The notes under the pieces are model-generated. The model was given only the letters and a program-made list of their open reading frames with translations, had not been told where the DNA came from and did not search any database. DNA of 64,000 bases from Octopus sinensis. Its lineage: Eukaryota. The DNA is taken from positions 61,690,001 to 61,754,000 of the forward strand of contig NC_043005.1 of NCBI RefSeq assembly GCF_006345805.1, read 5' to 3'. Shown piece after piece: positions 14,691 through 27,302 of the stretch. Both the position numbers and the translations under genes were made by a program. How positions within the stretch are numbered: the first letter of the stretch is position 1; each line of letters opens with the position of its first letter.

Positions 14691-16434
14691 CATGTGCGTG
14701 TGTGTGTGTGTGTGTGGGTGTGTGTATGTGCATATACGGTTCCCTGCATTTTCCTCCTATATATACAAATTTTGTCTCCCATATATGACTTCTTTTCCCT
14801 AAATATTTCTTCTCCTACACCCATATGCTCCCTATATAGTCTCTTTAATTCCCTATATCTATACCCTTTCACATTTCTAACTCGGATGTTGAACGAACAC
14901 CGCCAAACTCCACTTCCCACCCTTCCAATTTTCAGTTCCCCCGCCCGCCCCTACGTTTAACACACACCTCTAACTTTCAACCACCTTCATCTCATGTTAA
15001 ACTTTACCAAATTATATTTTTACCTTATTTTATTTTATTTTTATTTTTACTTTTATTTTTATTTTTACTTTTATCCTACTTTTATTTTTATTTTTACTTT
15101 TATTCTACTTCCATTTATTCTCATTTTTATTTTCATCCCTTACCTTAACTCTTATAATTTTTATAATTCTTATATTTCATTTCTAACTATTACATTGTAT
15201 TTCTTATTTTATACTGTATTTTTTATTTCTAATTTTTACCCTTACCCTCATTCTTACCCCTAACTTATCGCTTTACACCTCTATATATGTTTATTTACTT
15301 ACCTATAGATCCACTTTCTGACTATACGAGCGTCCGCGTACGTGTGTATACGCATACATACATATGCACGCGCATATATGTACATGCATACTTCGATATC
15401 TTATAGCTGTACCCATGTGCGCGTGTGTCTCTGTGTGTGTATATGAGTGTATATGTGCACGCACATACGGACACACAGCCGTGTGTGCGTGCACGTATAG
15501 ACATGAGTACGTGATTTTTTACATACGTTCTTATATACATCCTTTAATATCTTATACCTAGACCTAGAGGCGTGGGCATATACGTGTGTGTATGTAGGGA
15601 TGGGCGCGCGTATGTACATGTGAGTGTGTACGCGTATAGTGTCCGTGTATACATGCGGATATTCTGTTGTATGTATGTATGTGTACGCGCGTGCGTGTGG
15701 GTGCGTGTGTGTTTATGTACATGTTTACACGCGAGTGCGTGTGTATGCTTATAGGCTTGGAGGCGTATATGTACGCGTGTATGTGGGTGTATGTATCCAT
15801 GATGATATGTATGTACTAGAAGTCCATTTAATTCAAGGAACCAGATTAAATGCTCATCAGCTCTGATTTACAACACATTAGGTCCCCAGACGAAACTGTT
15901 GATTTACTGACAATTCTACAACTAAATTTTATCAATCTCCTGACCACCATGCTTGGTCCGTAACCTCTATACATCCCTTATCTTTACATTCTTTTACACT
16001 TTTATCATGTTTTTATCATGTTTTTTTACTTTTATTTCTATTTCTATTTTTACTTTATAACCTTATGCCTTTACATTTATTTATATTTCTTTATATTCCT
16101 TTATATTCTTTATACCCCCTTTACATCTCCTTATAACTCTTTATATCTTTATGCTCCACATTTTTATATTTTTCTATACTTACACTTTTTATACATTTTT
16201 TATCCCTCGTCCCGAATTCTCGCCCCTCCATCTTCACCTCTATATATGTATTTATTTATTTATTTATTTACATTACCTCAACATCCAATTTTCCTCATTC
16301 TACATTGAGAGAAGAAAGAGATGGACGCTTCAATTCTATGCTGCTGCCGCATTATGTCGTACGCGAATGAGAGGATTTGCATCCCCAACCAAGAAATTTT
16401 GATGTAACACATGTCCTTGTGGAAGCTGTTGTGC

Positions 16435-16512
16435 GCGGCTGAAGAAGGCCACAGACATACATTATGCATTGTTATAAATCTGTCTAATAAAGGCCCGAAA
16501 CATATGTACCGC
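16435..16512 (+). ncRNA. Type I minimal hammerhead ribozyme (PLE terminus)
   Basis: GCGG CTGAAGA a GGCC...GGCC c GAAA CATATG TA CCGC; palindromic stem III; predicted cleavage after A16508. Confidence 0.85.
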
Positions 16513-16719
16513 TGAATCCTTCGCATCATGTTTTTATTTTATTTTGATCAATTTATATATATATATATATGCAATCCAAATTAATGCCAAATCTCCGAAT
16601 TTCTGGACGCATTCATTCACTTGGGTTCCCTTAATAACAAAAATGCATTTCGCGAAACCGACCTTAATGGGCAAATGGTAATAGCGGCAGTACGATTTGC
16701 AGAGATGGAGCAACAAGAA

Positions 16720-17420
16720 CATTAAATCTAGCAATAAACTAGCAGCGATTGTCTTATATAGATGTAAGATATAAACATACTCGAAAAAAATTAAGATGAA
16801 ACTGTTAGCGTTTCAAAAGAGATTTTTTTCGCAGAATACTTAGAACTACCAGATAAAACTGTCAGTCATAAAACAATACATCGTGTTGGTTGGAAAGAGA
16901 GAATGATCCAAGGATACTGCCAGACGAAGAAAAATACAACGTTTTGGTCATGTGATAAAAAGACTGTCACAAATTATATTTGGAAAAATAGAAATCAAAA
17001 AAGAAAAGAGGGTGACGGAGCTGAAAGTAGTTCAATGATACTTCCAGGTGGACTCTGGTGAGAATATCTAGAATAGATAGAAATCCAAAGATCGAGTAGA
17101 TTCTAAATTATTGGTAAAATATCCCAGGTGCCCTGACGGCAAATATACTATGAAATCTAATTTCTTGTCTCCTAAAGCACTGTTTGAAAAGAAATTTGGT
17201 GTGGTCACAACGCGATTGTCTTTGACTGGAGAGCTTTTCAATAAGGACTGGCCTGCAGTTCAACAAGAAATTTAATATTCAGTTTTCATTTTATTGATCT
17301 GTGGTCCAAATTTATTTAGAAACTATTTGTTTGAATATTGCCAAGGTGTTATAATTATTCTCGTGATGCGTTTATACGAACCTTCATTGAAAGTATTTGG
17401 TTCTGAGAGTTAAAGTATGA
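16720..17420 (+). mobile_element. Heavily decayed Tc1/mariner-like transposase remnant
   Basis: FWSCDKKTVT (SDEKxF-like) near 16940; KDWPA (WPxxSPDL-like) near 17243; many stops and frameshifts. Confidence 0.4.
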
Positions 17421-17515
17421 TTTTCTACATTCGCATTGCTTGACCCCAGTCCTGATCCAGAAGGCTTATGAGCAAAGGCATTCCAGCAAGAAGTATTCCA
17501 CTTCTGTTTTAGATA

Positions 17516-17904
17516 TCTTTATATATAAAAGTGAAGTTGTGTGTCTGTCTCCTACGATTTAGATTCCTAACTACTCCCACATTTTGCGGTGCAGTTTAAC
17601 CAAAAGTGGGTATCTTATAGTCGTGATTCATATCGAGCCCTTCTGGGTATTAGCGCGCGTCTACGATGAGTCTACGATTTAAAAAATAATTTAACATAAT
17701 TTTTTTTCCATTTTAATGCATTTTTTCGCTATTATATAAGGGAAGTAACTCTCTAAAAATGTCTACGATGAGTCAACGATTTAAAAAAAATTTACCATCA
17801 TTTTTTTTTTTCATTTTTAATGCATTTTTTGGCTATAACTCTCTAAAAATGCTTATATAGTTATTTCCCTTACAAACCCGAGCAACGCCGGGCGATACTG
17901 CTAG
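17516..17904 (+). mobile_element. Non-autonomous Helitron, same family as 11709
   Basis: TC...hairpin-CTAG ends; shared body; internal duplication. Confidence 0.85.
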
Positions 17905-18400
17905 TATAATATAATATGTCCTTCGGCTAAAACGTAAATGGATCCGCATCGGCACAATTGATCTCTGTTTTTACCCATTAGCTGTTTAATGTTTGTTTGC
18001 TTTTGCTTTTTTCGCCTAGTTAATAGTGTTGTTCATAGTCTGAATGAGCAAAATGTAAAGATTATGAGAAGGAAATTATACATACGAATTTCTAACAACT
18101 TTTGTGCAAAGAGGAACAGTACAATCAACTGGACCTACTTCAGTTCTTGTCTGGTATTTAATCAAGCTAATGATTGACTTGCTTGAAAGACCCACTAGAT
18201 ACCCAACTCAAAAATATAGATTCAAAAGGACACACTAGGACGTCTTCGACTACAAGTCTGCATCTACTTACTATATCGATTCCAGGTGAACGAAAGATAA
18301 TGGCTCACTCGACAAACTTTGTAGTGACTAAATGCAGCAAGACAATTTGTTCGACGATCTATCGACTCTGTCATTCATGAAAAGTTCAAAGCAATGAATT

Positions 18401-18720
18401 TAACTGGTACTTAATTTATCGACCCCGAAAGGATGAAAGGCAAAGTCGACCTCGGCGGAATTTGAACTGAGAACGTAACGGCAGACGAAATACCTATTTC
18501 TTTATTACCCACAAGGGGCTAAACATAGAGGGGACAAACAAAGACAGACATAGGTATTAAGTCGATTACATCGACCCCAGTGCGTAACTGGTGCTTAATT
18601 CATCGACCCCGAAAGGATGAAAGGCAAAGTCGACCTCGGCGGAATTTGAACTCAGAACGTTGCGACAGACGAAATACCGCTCAGCATTTCGCCCGGCGTG
18701 CTAACGATTCTGCCAGCGCC
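18401..18720 (-). mobile_element. SINE family A, partial dimer
   Basis: Two copies of the core. Confidence 0.88.
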
Positions 18721-19302
18721 CTCTTCATGCTAAGTATTAAAATCAAGTAACTTGATGATTGGTTCAAATTACGTTTTACGACGGACAATAAAAAACAGGA
18801 AGCTATAACATTAAAGACATAAGCGAACTTAGTAAACCGAAGTGACTTCGAGCTGGAGATTAAAGCTATAACATTCTCGGTTAAGAATTTTTTAAAAATC
18901 TCATATTCGAAATACGCTCATCTCATTTCAAGGAAACTACTAGAGTTTCAATTACAATTTTGCTTGAACTTTTTTTAAGTACTATTAATAAAATTATGGG
19001 AGATATAAATGTAGCTTAAATACCTGTGACTGAAGATCAAGAAAATATCAAACTAATGTGTTTAATGTAATGGACGAAAGTGGAATGAAGTTACGTTATG
19101 AAAAACTGTAAAATTACAACATTTCAAGCTTTAGAATTTCGGTGTTTTCCAAGCTTCGTTTGAACTAATTCTATATAATGTCTCTAAAAATTTTTAAAGT
19201 TAACAAATTTAGTCATATCGGATAGCGGTAACATAAACTTCGGCGGAAAGACAGCAGTAAATCTGTTTTGATTGGCGCTTATTATAAAAACGTCTTCATT
19301 TA

Positions 19303-19447
19303 GGTACGAGCGTGGCTGAATGGTAAGAAGTTTGCTTCCTAACCACGTGGTTCCGGGTTCAATTTCATTATGTGTCACCTTGGGCAAGTGTCTTCTACTA
19401 AAGCCTTGTGAGTGGATTCTGTAGACGGAAACTGCCGGAAGCCCGTC

Positions 19448-19491
<44 letters not shown>

Positions 19492-19705
19492 GTGTGTGTG
19501 TGTGTATTTGTCCCCCAGTACCGCTTGGCAACTGGTGTTGTTGTGTTTACGTCCCCGTTAATTAGGGGTTCGGCAAAAGGTCCCGATAGAATAAATACCA
19601 GGTTTAACACAATGTAAGTACTGGGGCCGATTCATTCGACTAAAAATTGTTCAACCCGATGCCCCAGCATGGCCGCAATCTGATGACTGAAGCAAGTAAA
19701 AGAAA
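19303..19705 (+). mobile_element. SINE family C
   Basis: tRNA-like head, internal (TA)n/(TG)n, conserved tail. Confidence 0.85.
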
Positions 19706-19932
19706 AAGGTATTGAACACTGTTTATTTGTTTCTTCACATGCGCACTCACAGGCACGGAACACATGCGCGTACACACGCACACAATACATATACAGAAAG
19801 ACAGACGGACGGACAGGCAAACAGACAGAGAGAAAGAGAGCAGAAAGGTGTTCATACCAAATGGTAAAAATTAACCGCTTAAAACGTGGATGTTGAGTTA
19901 AAGCACACAATACTGCGATATTTGCCAAGACA

Positions 19933-20318
19933 GGAGGCGCAATGGCCCAGTGGTTAGGGCAGCGGACTCGCGGTCGCAGGATCGCGGTTTCGATTCCCAG
20001 ACCGGGGGTTGTGAGTGTTTATTGAGCGAAAACACCTAAAGCTCCACGAGGCTCTGGCAGGGGATGGTGGTGATCCCTGCTGTACTCTTTCACCACAACT
20101 TTCTCTCACTCTTACTTCCTGTTTCTGTTGTACCTGTATTTCAAAGGGCCGGCCTTGTCACTCTCTGTGTCACGCTGAATATCCCCGAGAACTACGTTAA
20201 GGGTACACGTGTCTGTGGAGTGCTCAGCCACTTACACGTTAATTTCACGAACAGGCTATTCCGTTGATCGGATCAACCGGAACCCTCATCGTCGTAACCG
20301 ATGGAGTGCTTCCACCAC
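19933..20318 (+). mobile_element. SINE family B with TSD
   Basis: atttgccaagaca(g) at 19920 and 20319. Confidence 0.92.
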
Positions 20319-20841
20319 ATTTGCCAAGACAGTAAAACTCTCAAATGATTTTTCGGTGCATATAAGCACATCATAGTTATCGACAGCAGCAGATAATCAT
20401 TGCCGCTTCCGTTTCAGTCATTGGTGTTTTTGTCGAACGAATTGACACCAGTACTTAATTTTTAAACCAGATATTTATTGTCGGAGACGGAGACAAAACC
20501 AACACCGACTGTCAAGCAGTGCTCAGGAACAAACACAAATACATATACGCCCACACACACGTGTGTGTGTGTGTGTGTGTGTGTCCTTTTTTTACCGTTT
20601 TACTTGCTTCAGTCATTGGACTGTGGACATGCTGGGACTTCAGGTTTTGCTTACAGCGCGTAGGTCTCCCAAGCCGTCACCCATTTAACCATATAAGCAC
20701 TAACAAGGTTCGACAGTGCTTAGACTTGGTATTGGGACGAAAACTGATGTTTTCAACGATATATGTATGTATATGTATATGTGTGTGAGTGTGTGTTTGT
20801 AAGTATGTATTTATGTATATATATATATGTGTGTGTATATG

Positions 20842-20888
<47 letters not shown>

Positions 20889-20917
20889 ATACTATAGGAC
20901 AATCAGTAAGTTGTCAT

Positions 20918-20971
20918 AATAGGACTCAGAGTTTCAAATACCGGAGCTACGATGCATTTTCGTCGGCTATT
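20918..20971 (-). ncRNA. Hammerhead ribozyme, CCGACGA core variant
   Basis: Minus strand: aatag CCGACGA aaat...attt GAAA CTCTGAG TC ctatt; decayed mirror copy at 22200-22260 (+). Confidence 0.7.
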
Positions 20972-21261
20972 TTGACAACAGACGCTATGAAAAAAACCGT
21001 TGAATAAAGGGGAGGTTACTCTAACAGAGAGGAAAAATTATAAAAGATAAAAAGTTAAAAATAAAAATTATAAAATATACATGTAACCATATTGTCACTA
21101 TACATATACCTTCTGCGTTCGTTAAAATCTACATACGTATACACTCACACAAACGTATATATATGCCCATACACACACAAAGCATGTACGTGCATTTATG
21201 TGCTCATATACACATATCTACACGCACATACGCATATCCATATATACATGTATATATATAT

Positions 21262-21485
21262 ATTCTCTTTTCTCTCTTTTACTCTTTTATTTGTTTCAGT
21301 CATTTGACTGCAGCTATGCTGGAGCACCGCCTTTAGTCGAGCAAATCGACCCCGGGACTTATTCTTTGTAAGCCCAGTACTTATTCTATCGGTCTCTTTT
21401 TGCCGAACCGCTAAGTGACGGGGACGTGAACACACCAGCATCGGTTGTCAAGCAATGCTAGGGGGACAAACACAGACACACATAC

Positions 21486-21522
<37 letters not shown>

Positions 21523-21686
21523 CGATAGGCTTCTTTCAGTTTCCGTCTACCATATCCACTCACAAGGCATTGGTCGGCCCGAGGCTATAGCAGAAGACAC
21601 TTGCCCAAGATGCCACGCAGTGGGACTGAACCCGCAACCATGTGGTTGGTTAGCAAGCTACTTACCACACAGCCACTCCTGTGCCT
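21262..21686 (-). mobile_element. SINE family C, full length
   Basis: Reverse complement of the family consensus. Confidence 0.88.
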
Positions 21687-21859
21687 ATATATGTATATAT
21701 ATATATATACATACACATACATGTATAAATATACACGCACACATACCTATATATGTACGCAACTTCATCTTCATATACACATAGATGTATGCTTATGTGT
21801 ATATGAAGATGAAGTTATGTGCATATACACGTATGTGTGTATATTTATACATGTTTGTG

Positions 21860-21932
<73 letters not shown>

Positions 21933-22373
21933 ATATGCGTGTGTAGATGTAGCGATATGTATATGCGCACGTAAATGTACGTATGTTTTGTTTGTGTATG
22001 GGCATAAATATATATATATGTTTGCGTGAGTGTGTACGTATGTAGATTTTACGAACGCAGAAGGTTTTATATGTGTTGTGAGAATATAGTTGCAAGTATT
22101 TTTTATAATTTTGGTTTTTTATTTTTTACCTTTTATAATTTTTCCTATTAGAGTAAGTTCCTTTTTATTTAACAGTTTTATCATAGCGTCTGTTGTCAAA
22201 ATAGGCAACGAAGATGCATCGTAGCTCTTAGCTCCGGAATTTGAAACTCTGAGTCGTATTATGGTAATTTACTGATTGTCCTATACTATACATATATAAA
22301 TTCCTCTATTTACCTAATATCTTTTATTGTCATTTTATTATTATTATTAATATATATATATGTGTGTGTGTGT

Positions 22374-22485
<112 letters not shown>

Positions 22486-22560
22486 AATAATTGAGGTTCA
22501 GTAGAATTAGGTACTTAAATTGAGACACTAATGCTGTTCAGTAAAGTCCACACAGCTCGA

Positions 22561-23313
22561 AATTTGGTGAATAAAAAGCATATTAGTAAAAAGAATGTCC
22601 AGGTATCAGTGTATTACGGCCGTTTCAAGCGGCTCCATTTAATCGATCAATCAAGATATTACATCAATTTTAAAATAAACCGCTCTCCTCGGACGCTGCC
22701 ATACATTTCTCACATAAAGAATAAACCATTTGTTTTCGCGCAACTTGTATCAGTACTAGCAGCCAAAATAATTACATTGATTTTGCTTGTTATTTCTGTG
22801 GCAGAATGAATTTCGTAAATAATGCATCCCTACAGTCCACTATGATTTGGAGTAGCATATTTGAATAGTGGGAGTGAAGAATGAGGAAAAGAGAGATAGT
22901 TAGATCTACATTTATCATTATTACATTTCTCAGATTATTTGCAGCATATTGTCTCCAACTCTTAAGAACTAAGCCCACTGGGAGTTGACAGTTAAGTTCC
23001 TGCAAGTGGTGATAAATTAATTAAATGTCAGATAGGCCCCCACCCCAGTCTAGGCTTATCTATATTCTGCCACAGAAATAGAAAGGAAACACAATGTAAT
23101 TATTTCGGTTGCTAGTATTGATGAAAGTTGCGCTAAAAAAATGGTTTATTCTTTATTTTGGGAATCTATATGGTTGGTTGGGTGTGAGGAGAGCAGTTTA
23201 ATTCAAATTGATGCAAAGTTCTAATTGATCGATTAAATGGAGCTGCTTGAAACGACTGTAATGCATTGATACCTGGACATCCTTGTTACTTATTTACTAT
23301 TATTTACTAAAAT
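22561..23313. repeat. Inverted repeat (~250-bp arms, ~255-bp spacer), each arm with a long-stem-II hammerhead relic
   Basis: 22561-22807 vs 23064-23313; minus strand CCGAGGA gagcggttt...gagccgctt GAAA CGGCCG TA (22608-22700); plus-strand mirror at 23180-23268. Confidence 0.8.
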
Positions 23314-23435
23314 AATTAAAAGATTATATATATATTATCTTTTAATTGTTTCAGTATGACTATCCCGAAATAAAACAAAATCTGTTTCAACACATGATTT
23401 TACATGAGGAATCTAGCAAAACAAATTCATAGTCG

Positions 23436-23473
<38 letters not shown>

Positions 23474-23674
23474 GCTTTTTTCAGTTTCCGTCCACCAATT
23501 CCATTCATAAGGCTGTGGTAGGCCTGTAGTCATAGTAAAAGACACTTAACCGAGATGCCACGCAGTGGGATTGAACCTGAAACAATGTGGTCGGAAAGCA
23601 AACTACTTAACCACACAGTTGTGTGTGTGCGTATATGCGTGGATGTATATCTAAATGCATATAATGTGTGTATG

Positions 23675-23710
<36 letters not shown>

Positions 23711-24335
23711 TATGTATACACACACATATGTATACACACACATACATATATACATACATATATATGTGAGTATATATGTATATATGTATATATATACATA
23801 TACATATATATGTGTGTGTGTGTGTGTATCGTGGGGATAAGACTAAGAATGCAGGGGATGTAATTAGATTTAAACAATTTACAAAAGAAAATGATAAGTA
23901 AATAAAATCCTTTTGTTTAACATTTGATGAGAACATTTCTAGTGGTGACTGAGGTCAGGCATTGATTCAATTATTTCGCAAGTGTATTTCTTTCACTGAT
24001 TTACTGCAAAGAAACGTAGAAAACTTTACTCAATTCCTTGTATCTTCGTTGGAATCACTTCAAATCAATAAATGTAATCTCATTGTCAATATATGTTTCT
24101 TTGAGATTTCTTCCCATTTGAATTACTGTCTTCGTCTTTAGTCATGTTGTTCATGCTGTTGTTGTCACTGCTACTGCCGCTAGTACTACTACTACTTTGT
24201 TATTTAGCCCTATATATATTAGCTATGATGGAGCAGAGCCATGAATAAAGACATTTCAACTGTGAACATCTCATCTTTTCAAATAAAGTTTGCTTCAAAC
24301 TGTGGTATGAAATAAGGCCTCCTATTTACGTGAAT

Positions 24336-24460
<125 letters not shown>

Positions 24461-24494
24461 TATGTACACATATATATATATATATGTGTGTGTG

Positions 24495-24551
<57 letters not shown>

Positions 24552-24557
<6 letters not shown>

Positions 24558-25173
24558 ACAATTGAGGGTAAAATTAATTAATTAATTAATTTCACCAAGT
24601 GTTCAGTATGTAAAAGGACCATTTAAGGCGAATTCAAAATATTACATTATATAATTAGGGCTTAGTAAAATAAATTACTTTGCCACATACTGAACTTAGT
24701 AGAAATAGCAGCCAAAAAAAATTTTTTTTTTTTTTTTTTCTTAGCATTTCTACTAATTAAAGAAAATTTCTCTCAGATAATGTTTACTCCAGACAGCTCA
24801 CGAAGGTTTGGGGGTAAATACAGAAAAATATCACAAGTACATAGATCGTTTGAGTACGTCAACGTTTCAAGATTAGCCAAATAAAATCAGCATTTCTTTC
24901 GTCAGCTCAAAATTTCTTAATTTAGATTTGGAAACACTAAAAAGAAGGAACTTTACCTATCAGCGAACTTGTCGCTTCAGATGAACCACTCCAACTAAAC
25001 AGTGTCAACAAATTCAAAATGCGCAGGCGTAAAATTCTTCACTCCCCATTCCACCCACGTGGTCTATCTAGCAAACATTATATTTTAACCGCGAGAACCG
25101 AGGCAGTATGACCGAGAGAAATGAATTATAATATCAACAATTGAGGGTAAAATTAATTAATTAATTAATTTCA
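24552..25173 (-). mobile_element. Non-coding, terminally redundant HHR element (PLE pseudo-LTR or retrozyme-like) in (TA)n
   Basis: Identical 43-bp direct repeats at 24552-24594 and 25131-25173; internal HHR; internal hairpins. Confidence 0.8.
24849..24911 (-). ncRNA. Type I hammerhead ribozyme, canonical core
   Basis: Minus strand: TTTGAG CTGACGA AAGA...TCTT GAAA CGTtgACG TA CTCAAA. Confidence 0.9.
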
Positions 25174-25291
25174 ACAAATATATATATACATATATATACA
25201 TATATATACATATATATATATACATATATATATACACACATACATACATTCATACATACATACATACATACATACATCATACATACATACA

Positions 25292-25346
<55 letters not shown>

Positions 25347-25349
<3 letters not shown>

Positions 25350-25410
25350 GGTCCCGGGTTGAGTCGGGGTTAACCACAGTAAATAGTCCTGTAGAAGCTC
25401 CTTCTATAAA

Positions 25411-25416
<6 letters not shown>
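25347..25416. mobile_element. Short inverted-junction fragment of the 44.7-kb HHR element family in (TA)n
   Basis: 25347-25385 is the reverse complement of 44876-44914; 25386-25416 matches 44816-44845 forward. Confidence 0.8.
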
Positions 25417-25470
<54 letters not shown>

Positions 25471-25504
25471 GGTGAACACCATCATTTCTGAATGATTTAT
25501 TTCT

Positions 25505-25800
25505 CCTTTCTTCTTTGGATGAAAAAAGTGGGTTCCTTCTAGCTGCTCTGCTATACTAGCCAAGTTGATAGAGATATCTGAGAAAGGTATTCAAACTGAC
25601 TTGGTTGTGCTTTGCGACATCAGCTGCCTTACAACAGAGATTATTTCTTTTTAACAATCCGCTTGACATTCCGAAAACACGTGCCAGTAGACCCAGCTGT
25701 ACTGAACGGCATACTGGTGATTCTTTTCTTTTGTCGGTGAATTGTACAATCACTATGTTGACTGTAGCAAGAAGATCCCAAGTCTACCATCAGATATGAA
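25505..25800 (-). pseudogene. Tc1-like transposase DNA-binding region remnant
   Basis: FRNVKRIVKK / KAADVAKHNQVSLNTFLRYLYQLG*YSRAARRNPLFS resembles the Tc1 VSxxTxRRxLxxxG...ARRKPLL motif. Confidence 0.55.
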
Positions 25801-27302
25801 ATGAAAAATAATACATGAACACGTCTGAACCACCAGGTAAAGTCCGCACAGATAAAATGATATGAGAAGTCTCTAGTTGCATTAGAGATCCTAGCAAAAC
25901 AAACTTCTGCCTTCCATAACACAACAATACAAATAATTACAATGATAAGGGAGTCAACATTTGTATGAAACCAAACATTAAAGATGAGGTTTGTTGTTGA
26001 TTGAACAGACGGCAAAGTATGGCCTAATAGCTTAGATGCCGACTTCGTAATCATGAGGCACAGCTGAAGTCCGCCCCATTGCACACCTCCAATGGCAAGT
26101 GTCCTCTCTCATTGGCTAGCTTCGACCAAAAGCTTCTGAGATAAATGAGGTAGATGAAAACTTTATGAAAAACTCGTTGGATTGATTGTACGTGTAATAC
26201 AAACATCCATAATGTCTCATGGAGTGTTACTCATATTCTGTCAGAGGATTATATTAAGACTACAAGTTGTCTTCAGAATATTTATGCGCTTGCCTTATAA
26301 TGCAATTTAGACTTCATAAGAAAACGAAAGAGATGGTTAGGCAATATCCATAATTTCAGTTGATCATGCTTAAGAATCACCAACCGTTGTAATGACGGTT
26401 ACTTCTGATAGGACTCTATGGAGGAGGTAACTGAAGACTCTACCCACACGACTCTCCCGCCCAGGAATAGTAAGCAGAAATGAGTGAATGTATGGAAGAA
26501 ATTCAAGGGCTCAGCGGTGTCACATGCCGTCCTACGTTGATTATTCTTGAGAATTACGTTAAGGAAAGAAGTGTATGTGGAATACTCTGCCACTTATATT
26601 TTAGTAAAATGAATAGAGATTATTTCCACAACCAGCAGGTTGTTTGTGACAATTTTCTTACAGGCTTCGACTAATTTCCTGTAAAATAGTATTTTTAACA
26701 CTAATTATTTGCTAAAACTACTTTTTGGTAACATTACCACGATTTATTAGTCATAACGGTACTTGTCCGACCTCATTTAATTAATTCTCTAAACTTCTCA
26801 GCATTAGGCCTCCTTGCCGGAAACGAGGCGTTTAGATTCCAGTAAGCAGGCCGTTCTCCGTGAGTCATACCTAAGTTGTTCATAGATATCATAAAATTTT
26901 TAGATACCTTGATAAGATAGTCGTAAACACCCTATACTATCCTTATCCAATCAATTATTAAAGCTTATTTGATGTGACCTGAATGTCACGTTGCGATTTT
27001 TTGTTCAAGTCCTTAATGGCACACTGGACAAATCTGATCGAATTATTGGCTCTGTTTCAGTAGATTTAAGCTTTGAAACCTCTTTTTCTATTATTTTATT
27101 TAATAACCACTCATAAAAACATTATTTGAAATTTATAGCTTCAGAAATTTCTGACATACCAGAGTGAACTACATAAATTATTCAACAGACAAACAAAAAA
27201 TTTTTTTTTTTAAACTTTAGTTTATATTATTTTTAAATGTTTGACAAATTGAATGGGATGAATAATATTTCGGAGCTATATACATTAACACCCTATTGTA
27301 TA

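Larger units (their letters stand above)
12910..16555 (+). mobile_element. 5'-truncated Penelope-like retroelement (probably Naiad-type) inserted in (TA)n
   Basis: RT + GIY-YIG ORF, ~2-kb 3' region, terminal hammerhead, (TA)n on both flanks. Confidence 0.9.
20893..22285. repeat. ~1.4-kb imperfect palindrome (inverted HHR-bearing element ends), left arm interrupted by a SINE
   Basis: 20893-21245 pairs with 21925-22285; centre aacttcatcttcatatacaca/tgtgtatatgaagatgaagtt at 21761-21816. Confidence 0.85.

Noticed and set aside
15862-15905. Second HHR inside the PLE 3' region
   Set aside because: CTGATTT does not fit the core and the stems do not pair
12910-16555. Selenoprotein (UGA/SECIS) coding, as reported for some Naiad PLEs
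   Set aside because: No in-frame TGA in the visible ORF (it ends in TAG) and no convincing SECIS seen; the missing 5' part cannot be judged
19933-20005. tRNA gene
   Set aside because: tRNA-like head of a SINE with body, tail and TSD
7423-20267. Near-identical ORFs MVAIPAVLFHHNF... and MFIERKHLKLHE... at 7.4 kb and 20 kb
   Set aside because: Incidental frames within two copies of SINE B
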